Assembly: GCA_050248615.1 (NCBI GenBank)
Contig: JBFWSA010000018.1
Span: 1 to 46,640 of the forward strand
DNA: 46,640 nucleotides
From: Simkaniaceae bacterium
GTDB taxonomy: Bacteria > Chlamydiota > Chlamydiia > Chlamydiales > Simkaniaceae
Direction of reading: 5' to 3'
Part shown: positions 38,068 to 46,640 of the stretch, one piece after another
How positions within the stretch are numbered: the first letter of the stretch is position 1
Layout of the letters: each line of letters opens with the position of its first letter
Program-made: the position numbers and the translations under genes
The notes under the pieces: generated by a model
Told to the model about the DNA's origin: nothing
Seen by the model: only the letters and a program-made list of their open reading frames with translations
Databases searched by the model: none

Positions 38068-38401
38068 TCAAAAAAGACAAAAAAATTTTAATTCAGAAAC
38101 AGTCTCTAACACCTACCCTCTCTTTATAAAGAGGGGGGAAAAGGCAATTTTATGAACAACTATTTTGGGTTTAATATTATTAAGCTTAATCGAAGATAAT
38201 AGAAACCTTGCTCTCCCTTGATAAAATCACTCAAACAACTTTAAATGAATGTGTTAAAGAAAACCCAACACTTCTTTATAAAAATTTTACTTTACTTCAA
38301 TTTATAAACTGCGATCCTGTTGCTTCAAAAGTTATCAACAAGTTTTCCACATATCCACTTTGCGCTAGCGTGAATAGAACAATTTTCATAGAATATTTCC
38401 A

Positions 38402-40270
38402 ATGAAACAGTATCGACTCAAAAAGTCCTTAGGTGTCTTTAGACATGTTTTGAAGCTTTATCGTAGAAAGCAAAAACACCTAGAGGAAATGCACAAGCAA
38501 GAGATTGTAACTACTCTCAATCACTTGCAAGAAGAGATCCTTAATCGGGATCGCGAGCGCGCTCATGAGTATGCAAAACAAGCAGAAACTCAATGTCTCA
38601 CCCATCTCAAAAAAACTCCTTTTGAAAAGGGGCGCGACTTTGTAGTTGGCTTGGTGTTTGCTCTCCTAGTCGCTGTAGTCATTCGGACGGTCTGGTTTGA
38701 ATTTTATGAAATTCCGACGGGTTCTATGCGCCCCACTTTTGAAGAGCAAGACCGATTAGTCGTCTCCAAAACAGCTTTTGGAATTAACATCCCCTTACGG
38801 CGAGGGCACCTCTACTTCAACCCAGATTTGATCCTCCGTAACGGAATTGTGATTTTTACAGGAGCGGGAATGGATATCAACGATGTCAACACGCTCTATT
38901 TTTACCTCTTCCCAGGGAAAAAACAGTACATTAAAAGACTCATGGGAAAACCGGGAGATATCCTCTATTTCTATGGAGGGGAGATCTACGGAATCGATGA
39001 GAATGGAAACGATATCCGGAAAAATTTGCAACCCCAAGAGCTTAGCCACATCGATCATGTTCCCTATATTCACTTAAATGGGAAGGTGATCCTCCCTTCA
39101 AAACCTGTAAACGGAATCTATGCTCCCGTCACTCTCAAACAGATGAATTTACCCGTAGCAAAACTCTCTCTTACTCCTCTTAATAAAGTTACAGGAGAAC
39201 TTCTCCCCCCTTTTAATGCCGGTATTGACGATTATTATGACCTTTGGGGATTTAAAAATTATGGCGTTGCAAGACTCCTTACCCGAGGAGAAGTGGACAA
39301 ATATACAGACACCCCTCTTACTCAACTCGTGGAAGCGCCTCTCTACATGGAAATCTTCCACCATCCGAGTGTCCGTTACCCAAAAATTGCCAGAGATCCC
39401 CTAGGAAAATTGCAACCCAGTGTCGGCACCTCTTCTTCAGTCATCCCCTTAACAGAAGAGCACCTGAAAACCCTTTTTTCAAATCTTTATACCGCACGCT
39501 TTATCGTGAAAGAGGGGAAAGCCTCCCGTTATGGTTCCTCAATGAAAGCGGGGAAAGAGTGTCGTTATTGCCCCGATCTTTCAGGAGTTCCTAATGGTAC
39601 GTATGAGTTTTACTATGGAAAAGCCTATCAAGTCTTTTTCTCAGGGATCACAAAAGAGCTTCCCCAAGACCACCCGATTTATCAATTTAACCCAGAGCGG
39701 ATGCAAACCCTCTACAACTTAGGAATTGAGTTTGCCACTTTCTATGCTCCTATGATTAAAGATCAGTACCTTCTCCCCTCACGGTATGTGTACTACCGTC
39801 ATGGGGATCTCTACGCAATGGGAGCTCCACTCCTAAAAAAAGATGACCCTGTTTTAGTGAATTTTATTGAGCAGGAATACCTAAAACAGCAAAATGCCCC
39901 CTCTTATCGCCCCCATTTTCCCTTCGATGATCACGGTGCTCCTCCCCTCGATGAAAAGGGAAAAATCCAGAAAGACTTTCTTGTTCAGTATGGGCTTACG
40001 ATTCCTCCCAACTACTATCTCGCATTGGGTGATAATTATGCCATGAGCGCAGATAGTCGTGACTTTGGCTTTGTGCCCCAAGAAAATATCCGGGGAGCTC
40101 CCACTTTTATCTTTTGGCCTCCCGGCAAGCGCTTTGGACTTCCCCCTCAAGCGCCTTACCCCTTCCTCAATTCTCCCCGCTCCCTGATCTGGTGTTTAGC
40201 CCTTATTGCCCTCATCGCCTGGTACGCTCACTACCGCAAACATCATAAACTTCCCCTCAAGATCGAATAA
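38402..40270 (+). CDS. lepB: Signal peptidase I, long chlamydial form
   Basis: IPTGSMRPT (Ser), YIKRLMGKPGD (Lys), LGDNYAMSADSRDFG; large central insertion. Confidence 0.95.
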   Translation: MKQYRLKKSLGVFRHVLKLYRRKQKHLEEMHKQEIVTTLNHLQEEILNRDRERAHEYAKQAETQCLTHLKKTPFEKGRDFVVGLVFALLVAVVIRTVWFEFYEIPTGSMRPTFEEQDRLVVSKTAFGINIPLRRGHLYFNPDLILRNGIVIFTGAGMDINDVNTLYFYLFPGKKQYIKRLMGKPGDILYFYGGEIYGIDENGNDIRKNLQPQELSHIDHVPYIHLNGKVILPSKPVNGIYAPVTLKQMNLPVAKLSLTPLNKVTGELLPPFNAGIDDYYDLWGFKNYGVARLLTRGEVDKYTDTPLTQLVEAPLYMEIFHHPSVRYPKIARDPLGKLQPSVGTSSSVIPLTEEHLKTLFSNLYTARFIVKEGKASRYGSSMKAGKECRYCPDLSGVPNGTYEFYYGKAYQVFFSGITKELPQDHPIYQFNPERMQTLYNLGIEFATFYAPMIKDQYLLPSRYVYYRHGDLYAMGAPLLKKDDPVLVNFIEQEYLKQQNAPSYRPHFPFDDHGAPPLDEKGKIQKDFLVQYGLTIPPNYYLALGDNYAMSADSRDFGFVPQENIRGAPTFIFWPPGKRFGLPPQAPYPFLNSPRSLIWCLALIALIAWYAHYRKHHKLPLKIE

Positions 40271-41517
40271 TGCATTCCCCAGTAAAGCGCTCCTTTTCCA
40301 CACGCTTAGCCCTCGTCTGGATGCATCTTGCGAATGAGCCTTTTATTGCCCTCTACACCCTCCTCCTCTTCATTTTAAGAAAAGATTTAAATGCCACCAT
40401 CTTCCAAATTTCTGTCTTTGCCACTTTGCGCCCTGTTATTTCGGTTTTTTCCTTTTATTGGAGCTCCAATCTTCTCAGACAACGTAATAAACTTCTTTCC
40501 AATCTGATGGGGGCCTGGGTCTTAGCCCGGATTCCCTTTCTGTGTCTCCCCTTCATTAGCAATGTTTGGTATTTGATTTTTGCTGCAGGGATTTACCAGC
40601 TATTTTCCCGGGCTAGCATTCCCTCAATGATGGAAATCTTAAAGCTCAACTTAGAGAAGAAGCCCCGCGAAAAACTTTTTTCTCGTCTTTACGTCATCAG
40701 TTTTATTGAAAGTATCGTCCTCGGGCTTTTTGTAGGAAAACTCCTCGATATGCATGAAGGAGCTTGGATGGTACTCTTTTTTGTAGCAGCGATCCTCTCC
40801 CTGACAAGTATCTTTATCCAGATGCGTATTCCCCTTCCTCCCCTCAAAGCCGATGAAAATGCCTTACCTGTTACCACCAACCGTCTCTTGCAGCCCCTTA
40901 AAGATTGCATCCATCTCATGCGCTCACGTCCCGACTTTGCCCGCTTTCAATGGGGATTTATGGTCGGAGGCTTTGGATTGATGTTTATCACCCCTGCGGT
41001 CAATATCTATTACGCTGACATCTTAAATCTCACTCATGATGATCTAGCCATTGCTCGCTACATCTGGATGGGAATCGGAGTCGTTCTCTCTTCCTTTTTA
41101 TGGAGGAGAGGACTTGATAAAATCCCCCTGAACCGCATGACTGCTTTTATCATTTTAGGATTCAGCCTATTTCCCTTTGCCCTCCTTTTTGCAGGGATCA
41201 GCCTATTTTGGGTGAATGTTGCTTTCCTTTTTTATGGAATCGCACAAGCAGGAAGTCATCTGATTTGGAACCTTTCAGGGACCCTTTTTGCCAAAAATGA
41301 GGACAGCTCAAAATTTTCAGGAGTCAACATCTTAATGGTAGGTCTCCGAGGCATCGTTGCCCCCGTTTTAGGAGCCTTTTTCTGTGATCTATTTAACCCC
41401 TTTCCGACTCTAGTGACAGGGATGTTGATCTGCCTTTTGGGAGCCTTTCTAATGCTACGGCCGGCTCCAAAAGAGTTACCCGCTTTGCATCCGCATCGAG
41501 CTCCACTAGGGAATTAA
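40270..41517 (+). CDS. MFS transporter
   Basis: Two six-TM halves with a central hydrophilic loop; coupled to the lepB stop. Confidence 0.85.
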   Translation: MHSPVKRSFSTRLALVWMHLANEPFIALYTLLLFILRKDLNATIFQISVFATLRPVISVFSFYWSSNLLRQRNKLLSNLMGAWVLARIPFLCLPFISNVWYLIFAAGIYQLFSRASIPSMMEILKLNLEKKPREKLFSRLYVISFIESIVLGLFVGKLLDMHEGAWMVLFFVAAILSLTSIFIQMRIPLPPLKADENALPVTTNRLLQPLKDCIHLMRSRPDFARFQWGFMVGGFGLMFITPAVNIYYADILNLTHDDLAIARYIWMGIGVVLSSFLWRRGLDKIPLNRMTAFIILGFSLFPFALLFAGISLFWVNVAFLFYGIAQAGSHLIWNLSGTLFAKNEDSSKFSGVNILMVGLRGIVAPVLGAFFCDLFNPFPTLVTGMLICLLGAFLMLRPAPKELPALHPHRAPLGN

Positions 41518-42355
41518 GAGGAAGGGTGACTTGATCGGCAATATGCCCTGTAGGAAAGTCCCTTAGAACAGGAAAAGGGGCCCCTTTAAAGAAATGGTGT
41601 AAAACCGCATCTATTTCCCAGTCCCCTTCCTTACCCGGCTTGCATTTTTCCCAAGATCCCAGAATCACCCCTGCAACCTCATCAAAAAGGGCGGCTTGCT
41701 CCATCTGCACTAAAAAACGATCGATCCGATATGCATACTCATCCACATCTTCCAAAACCAAGATTTTTCCCTGTGTTTCCACCTCCCAAGGAGTTCCCAC
41801 ATGAGAGGCTAATAAGGCTAAATTCCCTCCCGTAAGACCCCCTTTTGCCTGTCCCGATACTAAAGTCTCTCCATAAGCCCACTCTTTTTCCATCCCACTC
41901 AGCGTTTCCCAGAGTTCTTTTTCTGCAAAGGGGCTCCTATTTTTTTCCGTGAGAAAAGATGCAACCGGACCTAAAAAAGTCGTTAAACCGGCAAGTTGCG
42001 TGAAAGCGACATGCAAAGCAGTGATATCACTCATCCCAATAAAAATCTTAGGGTTTTGGCGTATCACTTCATAATCGAGAAGGTTCAAGATCCGACCACA
42101 CCCATACCCTCCCCGCATACACCACACACCCTTCACCTCGGGATCAACAAATGCTTCCATCAGGGATCGGGAGCGCTCTTCATCTGTTCCCGCAAAATTA
42201 CTGAGCTTGCTAAAGGCATTGGCAGCGACTGTGACACCAAACCCCCGCTCTTCAAGAGCTGCGACTATTTGATCTACCCCTGTTACCCAAGAAGCGGGTG
42301 CAACAAGGGCTATGGTATCTCCTGGACATAAGGGGCTAGGCTTTGTCGTGTTCAT
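41393..42355 (-). CDS. ldcA: LD-carboxypeptidase (peptidase S66)
   Basis: VAPAS, RGGYG, GMSDIT (Ser), GGNL, LEDVDE (Glu), GH (His). Confidence 0.92.
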   Translation of the reverse strand: MNTTKPSPLCPGDTIALVAPASWVTGVDQIVAALEERGFGVTVAANAFSKLSNFAGTDEERSRSLMEAFVDPEVKGVWCMRGGYGCGRILNLLDYEVIRQNPKIFIGMSDITALHVAFTQLAGLTTFLGPVASFLTEKNRSPFAEKELWETLSGMEKEWAYGETLVSGQAKGGLTGGNLALLASHVGTPWEVETQGKILVLEDVDEYAYRIDRFLVQMEQAALFDEVAGVILGSWEKCKPGKEGDWEIDAVLHHFFKGAPFPVLRDFPTGHIADQVTLPLNSLVELDADAKRVTLLEPAVALERLPKGRSTSLSLESERG

Positions 42356-42436
42356 GTGAAAAGAACCAAATTTCTATTAATTCGGCCACCAAAGTAGCTG
42401 AATTTATCAAAATTCTGCTACTTTTTGTTAGCAGGT

Positions 42437-45400
42437 TTAAGCTTTTTTTAGAGAGATAATGGCCTTTTCTCCGTTGAGATCCCACTCGGTTCCTTCCGTT
42501 TTCTGAAAAAGAACCTCTTTGGCCAGTACTTCACCCACGATGTACATTTCATGCTCTTGAAAACATTTTTTAACACGCGGGGTGGTATCTAATCGTAAAA
42601 TAATGCGATCGGTGACTTCAAACCCTTCATTTCTACGCTGTGTATTCACCTTGTTCACAATCTCGCGCGCTAAACCTTCCATCAAAAGTTCATCATTCAG
42701 CGTGGTATCAAGAGCAATTGTAATCGCCCCTTCTGTTGAAGCCACAGTCCCCTCTTTGACCGTCCGCTCAATTAAGACATCTTCTTCTGTGATAGGAAAT
42801 TTTTCCCCATCAAGGTCGAGCTCAATGGGCCCGTGATCGAGAGCATGAGGAGAAAGATTAAGAAAGGCGGCTTGGACTTTTTTCATGAGAGGCCCTGCCC
42901 GTCTTCCGAGTGTACGGAAATTTGGTTTGATGGAGACTTCGACAAACCCTTTCTCTTCTCGATGATATTCAATGGCTTTAACATTGAGTTCCTCTAAAAT
43001 CAATGATTCTTGCCCTTTAAGGAGTTTGATCACACTCTCATCGGAAGAGATCAGATGGGCTTTCGCTAGAGGTTGACGTACTTTTAGTTTATGTTCTTTG
43101 CGCAAGGCATGCCCCATACTGACTGCAGTTTGGACGAAAGCCATCTCTTTTTCTAAGATCTCATCCCGAAGGGTCCCATTATAGGTAGGGAAATCACACA
43201 AATGGACAGAGAGGGGATCACTCCCTTTCCTTAAATCTTGGTAGATCGCATCGCTGATAAAGGGGACAAACGGAGCGGCCACTTTGGAAAGCTCTATAAG
43301 AACCGTGTAGAGCGTTTGAAATGCCTCTTTCCGATCCTCTGTATCTTCGTCAGCCCAAAAGCGACTGCGACACCGACGGATATACCAATTGGTGAGTTGT
43401 TCGATAAAGCTCACAAAGGGGTCAACAGCCTCACTGAGGACATAGCCATCCATCCCCCTCTCGACATCCTGAACGAGCTTCTGCAGCAGAGATAAAATCC
43501 ACCGGTCAATGTCCGTTTGAGGTTTCGCTCCATCGGGTTTCCATTGATAAATGGTCGCATAGGTCGATAAAAAGACGTAGGAATTCCATAAGGGAATCAG
43601 AAACTGGCGTAAAACAAGCTCTACCCCTTTTTCACAGAATCTCAAATCATCTGCTTGCACTGCGGGGCTATGGAGTAAATAGAGACGAATCGCATCGGCC
43701 CCATACTTGTTGATCACCACTTCGGGTTCAGGATAGTTTTTGAGACGTTTGGACATCTTTGTCCCATCTTCCGCCAAGATGATTCCATTCACAATCACAT
43801 TCTTGAAGGCGGGTTTTTCAAACAGGGCTGTCGATAAAATGTTGAGTGTATAAAACCAACACCGCGTCTGATCGAGTCCTTCTGCGATGAAATCTGCCGG
43901 AAAGGCTTCTTGGGTCTCTTTTTCGTTCTCAAAAGGAAAATGGTTTTGGGCATAGGGCATGGACCCCGATTCAAACCAGCAGTCAAAAACCTCAGGAACA
44001 CGCATGTAGACCTTCCCCTTTTCTTCAAAAGTCAAGGAGTCAATAAAATGGCGGTGAAGATCTTTAACCTTTTTCCCCGTTCGCTTTTCCAACTCTTTTA
44101 CGCTATCGATGACAATCAGATCTCCCTCTTGACTCCGCCAAATGGGAATGGGTGTTCCCCAGTAACGATTGCGACTGATAGCCCAATCGCGTGCATTTTC
44201 TAACCATTTTCCAAAGCGCCCATATTTTAAATGTCCCGGTACCCAATGAATATGTTCATTCGATGCAATAATTTTATCTTTGATTTTCTCAACGGCTACA
44301 AACCACGTATGAACAGCTTTATAAATCAGTGGAGTATCTGATCTCCAACAGAAGGGATAACGGTGGCGAATCGTCGCTTGATGGAAGAGGCGTCCCATTT
44401 CTTTGATGCGCTTGATCAGAGATTTATCGGCATCTTTAACATACACCCCTTCTAAGTCAGGAACTTCTGCGGTAAATTTTCCATTTTGATCCACAGGACA
44501 CACCAACTCAATCTCGGCATTGGCACACGCAAAAAAGTCCACTTCTCCAAAAGCGGGAGCGCAGTGTACAAGCCCCGTTCCTTCATCTTCCCCTACTGAA
44601 TCTTCGAGGATAATCGTGAACGCTTTGGGGCTGGCTTTTTCAACAAAATAGTTAAATAGGGGCTTATACCGTTTCCCCTGGAGCTTTTTTCCTTTAAACG
44701 TTTCAAGAATTTCGACCTCTTCCTTGAAATAGGCCTCGAGACGCGCTTTGCCTAGTACATAGAGCTTTCCTTCTTTGTCTCTCACTTTGACATAGTCAAG
44801 CTCTCCCCCTACCATCACGGCTAAGTTTGAAGGGAGAGTCCACGGCGTTGTCGTCCACACGAGCAAAGAGGTTTGAGGATCTTCTTCAAGAGGAAACATG
44901 ACGATAATCGACGGATCATCGACATCTCGGTAGTTCAGATTGGCTTCAAAATTGGATAGAGGCGTTCCCAGCTCAGCGGAAAAGGGCATCACCTTGAACC
45001 CTTCATAAACAAGCCCCTGCTTCCAAAGCTGCCCAAAGACCCACCAAACCGATTCCATAAAAGTGGGATCCATCGTCTTATAGGTACGATCAAAATCTAC
45101 CCAGCGCCCCATCCGGTTGACTGTCGACTTCCACTGCTCAGTATAACGCAAGACAATGCTCCGACACTCTTCATTAAAGGCAGCAATGCCGAATTGCTCG
45201 ATCTCAGCGGCACCAGAAAGTTCGTGTGTCTGAACGATTTCATTTTCTACTGGAAGCCCATGACAGTCCCATCCAAAACGTCTAGGGACATAGTACCCTT
45301 TCATCGTCTTATAGCGGGGAACAACGTCCTTGATGGTTCCGGCCAGCAAGTGTCCATAATGGGGCAACCCTGTCGCAAAAGGGGGCCCATCATAGGTGGC

Positions 45401-45517
45401 AAACAGAGGAGCGTTCTCCCGCTCTTTAACCGATTTTAGAAAAACTTTTTCCTTTTCCCAAAGCGCCTGAATTCTTTCTTCGCGCTCCGGAAAACTTTCT
45501 TTTCTATTTTCAAACAT
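42437..45517 (-). CDS. ileS: Isoleucine--tRNA ligase, type 2 (IleRS2)
   Basis: DGPPFATGLPHYGH, GWDCHGLP, WTTTPWTLPSN, KMSKRLKNY; ATG 45517 (TTG 45538 alternative). Confidence 0.97.
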   Translation of the reverse strand: MFENRKESFPEREERIQALWEKEKVFLKSVKERENAPLFATYDGPPFATGLPHYGHLLAGTIKDVVPRYKTMKGYYVPRRFGWDCHGLPVENEIVQTHELSGAAEIEQFGIAAFNEECRSIVLRYTEQWKSTVNRMGRWVDFDRTYKTMDPTFMESVWWVFGQLWKQGLVYEGFKVMPFSAELGTPLSNFEANLNYRDVDDPSIIVMFPLEEDPQTSLLVWTTTPWTLPSNLAVMVGGELDYVKVRDKEGKLYVLGKARLEAYFKEEVEILETFKGKKLQGKRYKPLFNYFVEKASPKAFTIILEDSVGEDEGTGLVHCAPAFGEVDFFACANAEIELVCPVDQNGKFTAEVPDLEGVYVKDADKSLIKRIKEMGRLFHQATIRHRYPFCWRSDTPLIYKAVHTWFVAVEKIKDKIIASNEHIHWVPGHLKYGRFGKWLENARDWAISRNRYWGTPIPIWRSQEGDLIVIDSVKELEKRTGKKVKDLHRHFIDSLTFEEKGKVYMRVPEVFDCWFESGSMPYAQNHFPFENEKETQEAFPADFIAEGLDQTRCWFYTLNILSTALFEKPAFKNVIVNGIILAEDGTKMSKRLKNYPEPEVVINKYGADAIRLYLLHSPAVQADDLRFCEKGVELVLRQFLIPLWNSYVFLSTYATIYQWKPDGAKPQTDIDRWILSLLQKLVQDVERGMDGYVLSEAVDPFVSFIEQLTNWYIRRCRSRFWADEDTEDRKEAFQTLYTVLIELSKVAAPFVPFISDAIYQDLRKGSDPLSVHLCDFPTYNGTLRDEILEKEMAFVQTAVSMGHALRKEHKLKVRQPLAKAHLISSDESVIKLLKGQESLILEELNVKAIEYHREEKGFVEVSIKPNFRTLGRRAGPLMKKVQAAFLNLSPHALDHGPIELDLDGEKFPITEEDVLIERTVKEGTVASTEGAITIALDTTLNDELLMEGLAREIVNKVNTQRRNEGFEVTDRIILRLDTTPRVKKCFQEHEMYIVGEVLAKEVLFQKTEGTEWDLNGEKAIISLKKA

Positions 45518-45627
45518 AAGATAATATCTTATCTCCAAAGGCGTTATAAATCAAATCCCTTTACTCTAAAATGGACAAGAAGTTACCATTAGAGGAGTGA
45601 TTTCACAATCTGCTTAAGATCAGGATT

Positions 45628-45657
45628 TTGTGAAATAACCCCAAAATATGCTATACT
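45628..45657 (+). promoter_or_regulatory. ssrA promoter
   Basis: TTGTGA-18 bp-TATACT with extended TG, ending 7 nt before the tmRNA 5' end. Confidence 0.65.
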
Positions 45658-45663
45658 ATAGAT

Positions 45664-46065
45664 GGGGGTGTACTGGCTTCGACTTGGAAATGAAGTACCA
45701 GTGGCATGCAGAGGGTCGGCAGGCCTCTTTAAAAAGCCGAAAAGCCTTAACTGGCAAAACGAAAAAAGCCGAGATCATTTCTCTCTTCGGAGAAGATCTT
45801 GATCTCCAAGCTGCTGCTTAAGACCTAACCCGTCTGTGCGGCCGGTAGTCTGAAATTGGACCAGGGATTTTGGAACTACTGTCATAGATCTTGGTATGAG
45901 CACTTGATCTTGATTTCCAGAGCTTGTGTTTCGAGATGAAAGGAAGTGTGTGAGTCCCGAGTGGGGTGTCTTACAACAAGGTTCACACTATAAAATAAGA
46001 CACTAAGCATGTAGTCATTGTTATGGAGTTTGCTAAGGACGAGAGTTCGATTCTCTCCACCTCCA
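45664..46065 (+). ncRNA. ssrA: tmRNA
   Basis: 5' GGGGGTGTACTGGCTTCGAC; 3' GAGAGTTCGATTCTCTCCACCTCCA; tag frame 45753-45821 encodes (A)GKTKKAEIISLFGEDLDLQAAA*. Confidence 0.95.
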
Positions 46066-46261
46066 ATACATTGGACACTTTTTTGTAGTCCACCATCATT
46101 TTAAAGGGTTCATATACTTGTACTGAGAGACTTAGATCTCTCAGTTGCAAGTTCTGAAATACTAAATTCAGAAGTTGAGGCTTTTCCTCTACTTCAGAAC
46201 TCTCAAACAATTCTCTCGTTCTCGCTGCAAGCTTAAGGACTATTTTCGCAGTAAATTGATT
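45983..46261 (-). pseudogene. Probable C-terminal remnant of a large serine recombinase reading into the ssrA 3' end
   Basis: FTAKIVLKLAARTRELFESSEVEEKPQLLNLVFQNLQL...EPFKMM resembles C-termini of tRNA/tmRNA-targeting serine integrases; no catalytic domain seen. Confidence 0.6.
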
Positions 46262-46640
46262 CTAAAGTCTTGTACAAGCTTGTCTATTTACTCTTGCATC
46301 AAGTTGGTCGGCCATTTTGCCATCTACATAGAGCACTTTCACCGGTGCTATACTCTTCCATCGAAGAAAAAAAATACCGGCAGCAATCACATAACCGATG
46401 GCAAGTAACAAAAACGTTTTTCCTATCCTTCGTTTGCTATACAAAAGCTATCACTTGATTTTTCAAAAATAGGCTGCACGTGAAGAAATTTGAAAATTCA
46501 CATCATACTCTCAAAGAGAAAGAAATAAACTGAAATTTAAATTAAATAATCATTGCACAATCTCCTTGCTAAATAGACAATAAGAGAAAAATAGGTTATA
46601 TTGTAACCTTTATTAAGGTTAGTTATGAATAGTTCCAAAA

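Noticed and set aside
38115..38138. Hairpin CCCTCTCTTTATAAAGAGGGGG
   Set aside because: Single occurrence in the window; it cannot be assigned as a terminator or REP with confidence.
38208..38405. 65-aa ORF upstream of lepB
   Set aside because: TTG start, AT-rich promoter-like region, no motif.
543..45439. Numerous antisense or alternate-frame ORFs within long genes
   Set aside because: They are shadow ORFs of well-supported CDSs and have no independent signals.
45539..45627. T-box riboswitch upstream of ileS
   Set aside because: The region is too short and lacks a T-box motif; only an imperfect inverted repeat (45600-45636) of unclear meaning is present.

Overview
This 46.6 kb window comes from an environmental Chlamydiota genome, inferred from a chlamydial-type gene set: HEAT/HIT/MYG1/large LOG-family block, DUF1207, DUF167, long lepB, type-2 ileS next to ssrA, and a chlamydia-like tmRNA tag. 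Housekeeping and host-scavenging genes include two TyrP/Mtr permeases, a tandem of four Pht-like MFS paralogs (one pseudogene), pncA/pncB and kdsB. Four accessory layers are interspersed. (1) A ~3.9 kb integrase-less island in tRNA-Ile2(CAU), with att repeats, arm-like sites and an AbiE-like toxin-antitoxin pair. (2) A second AbiEi/AbiEii pair. (3) A probable serine-recombinase remnant at the tmRNA 3' end. (4) At least four families of ~161-167 bp palindromic intergenic elements with different termini, which nest in one another and abut start and stop codons. A candidate leaderless His/Phe-rich attenuator peptide precedes one aromatic amino-acid permease. All family assignments come from motif recognition; no database search was run.
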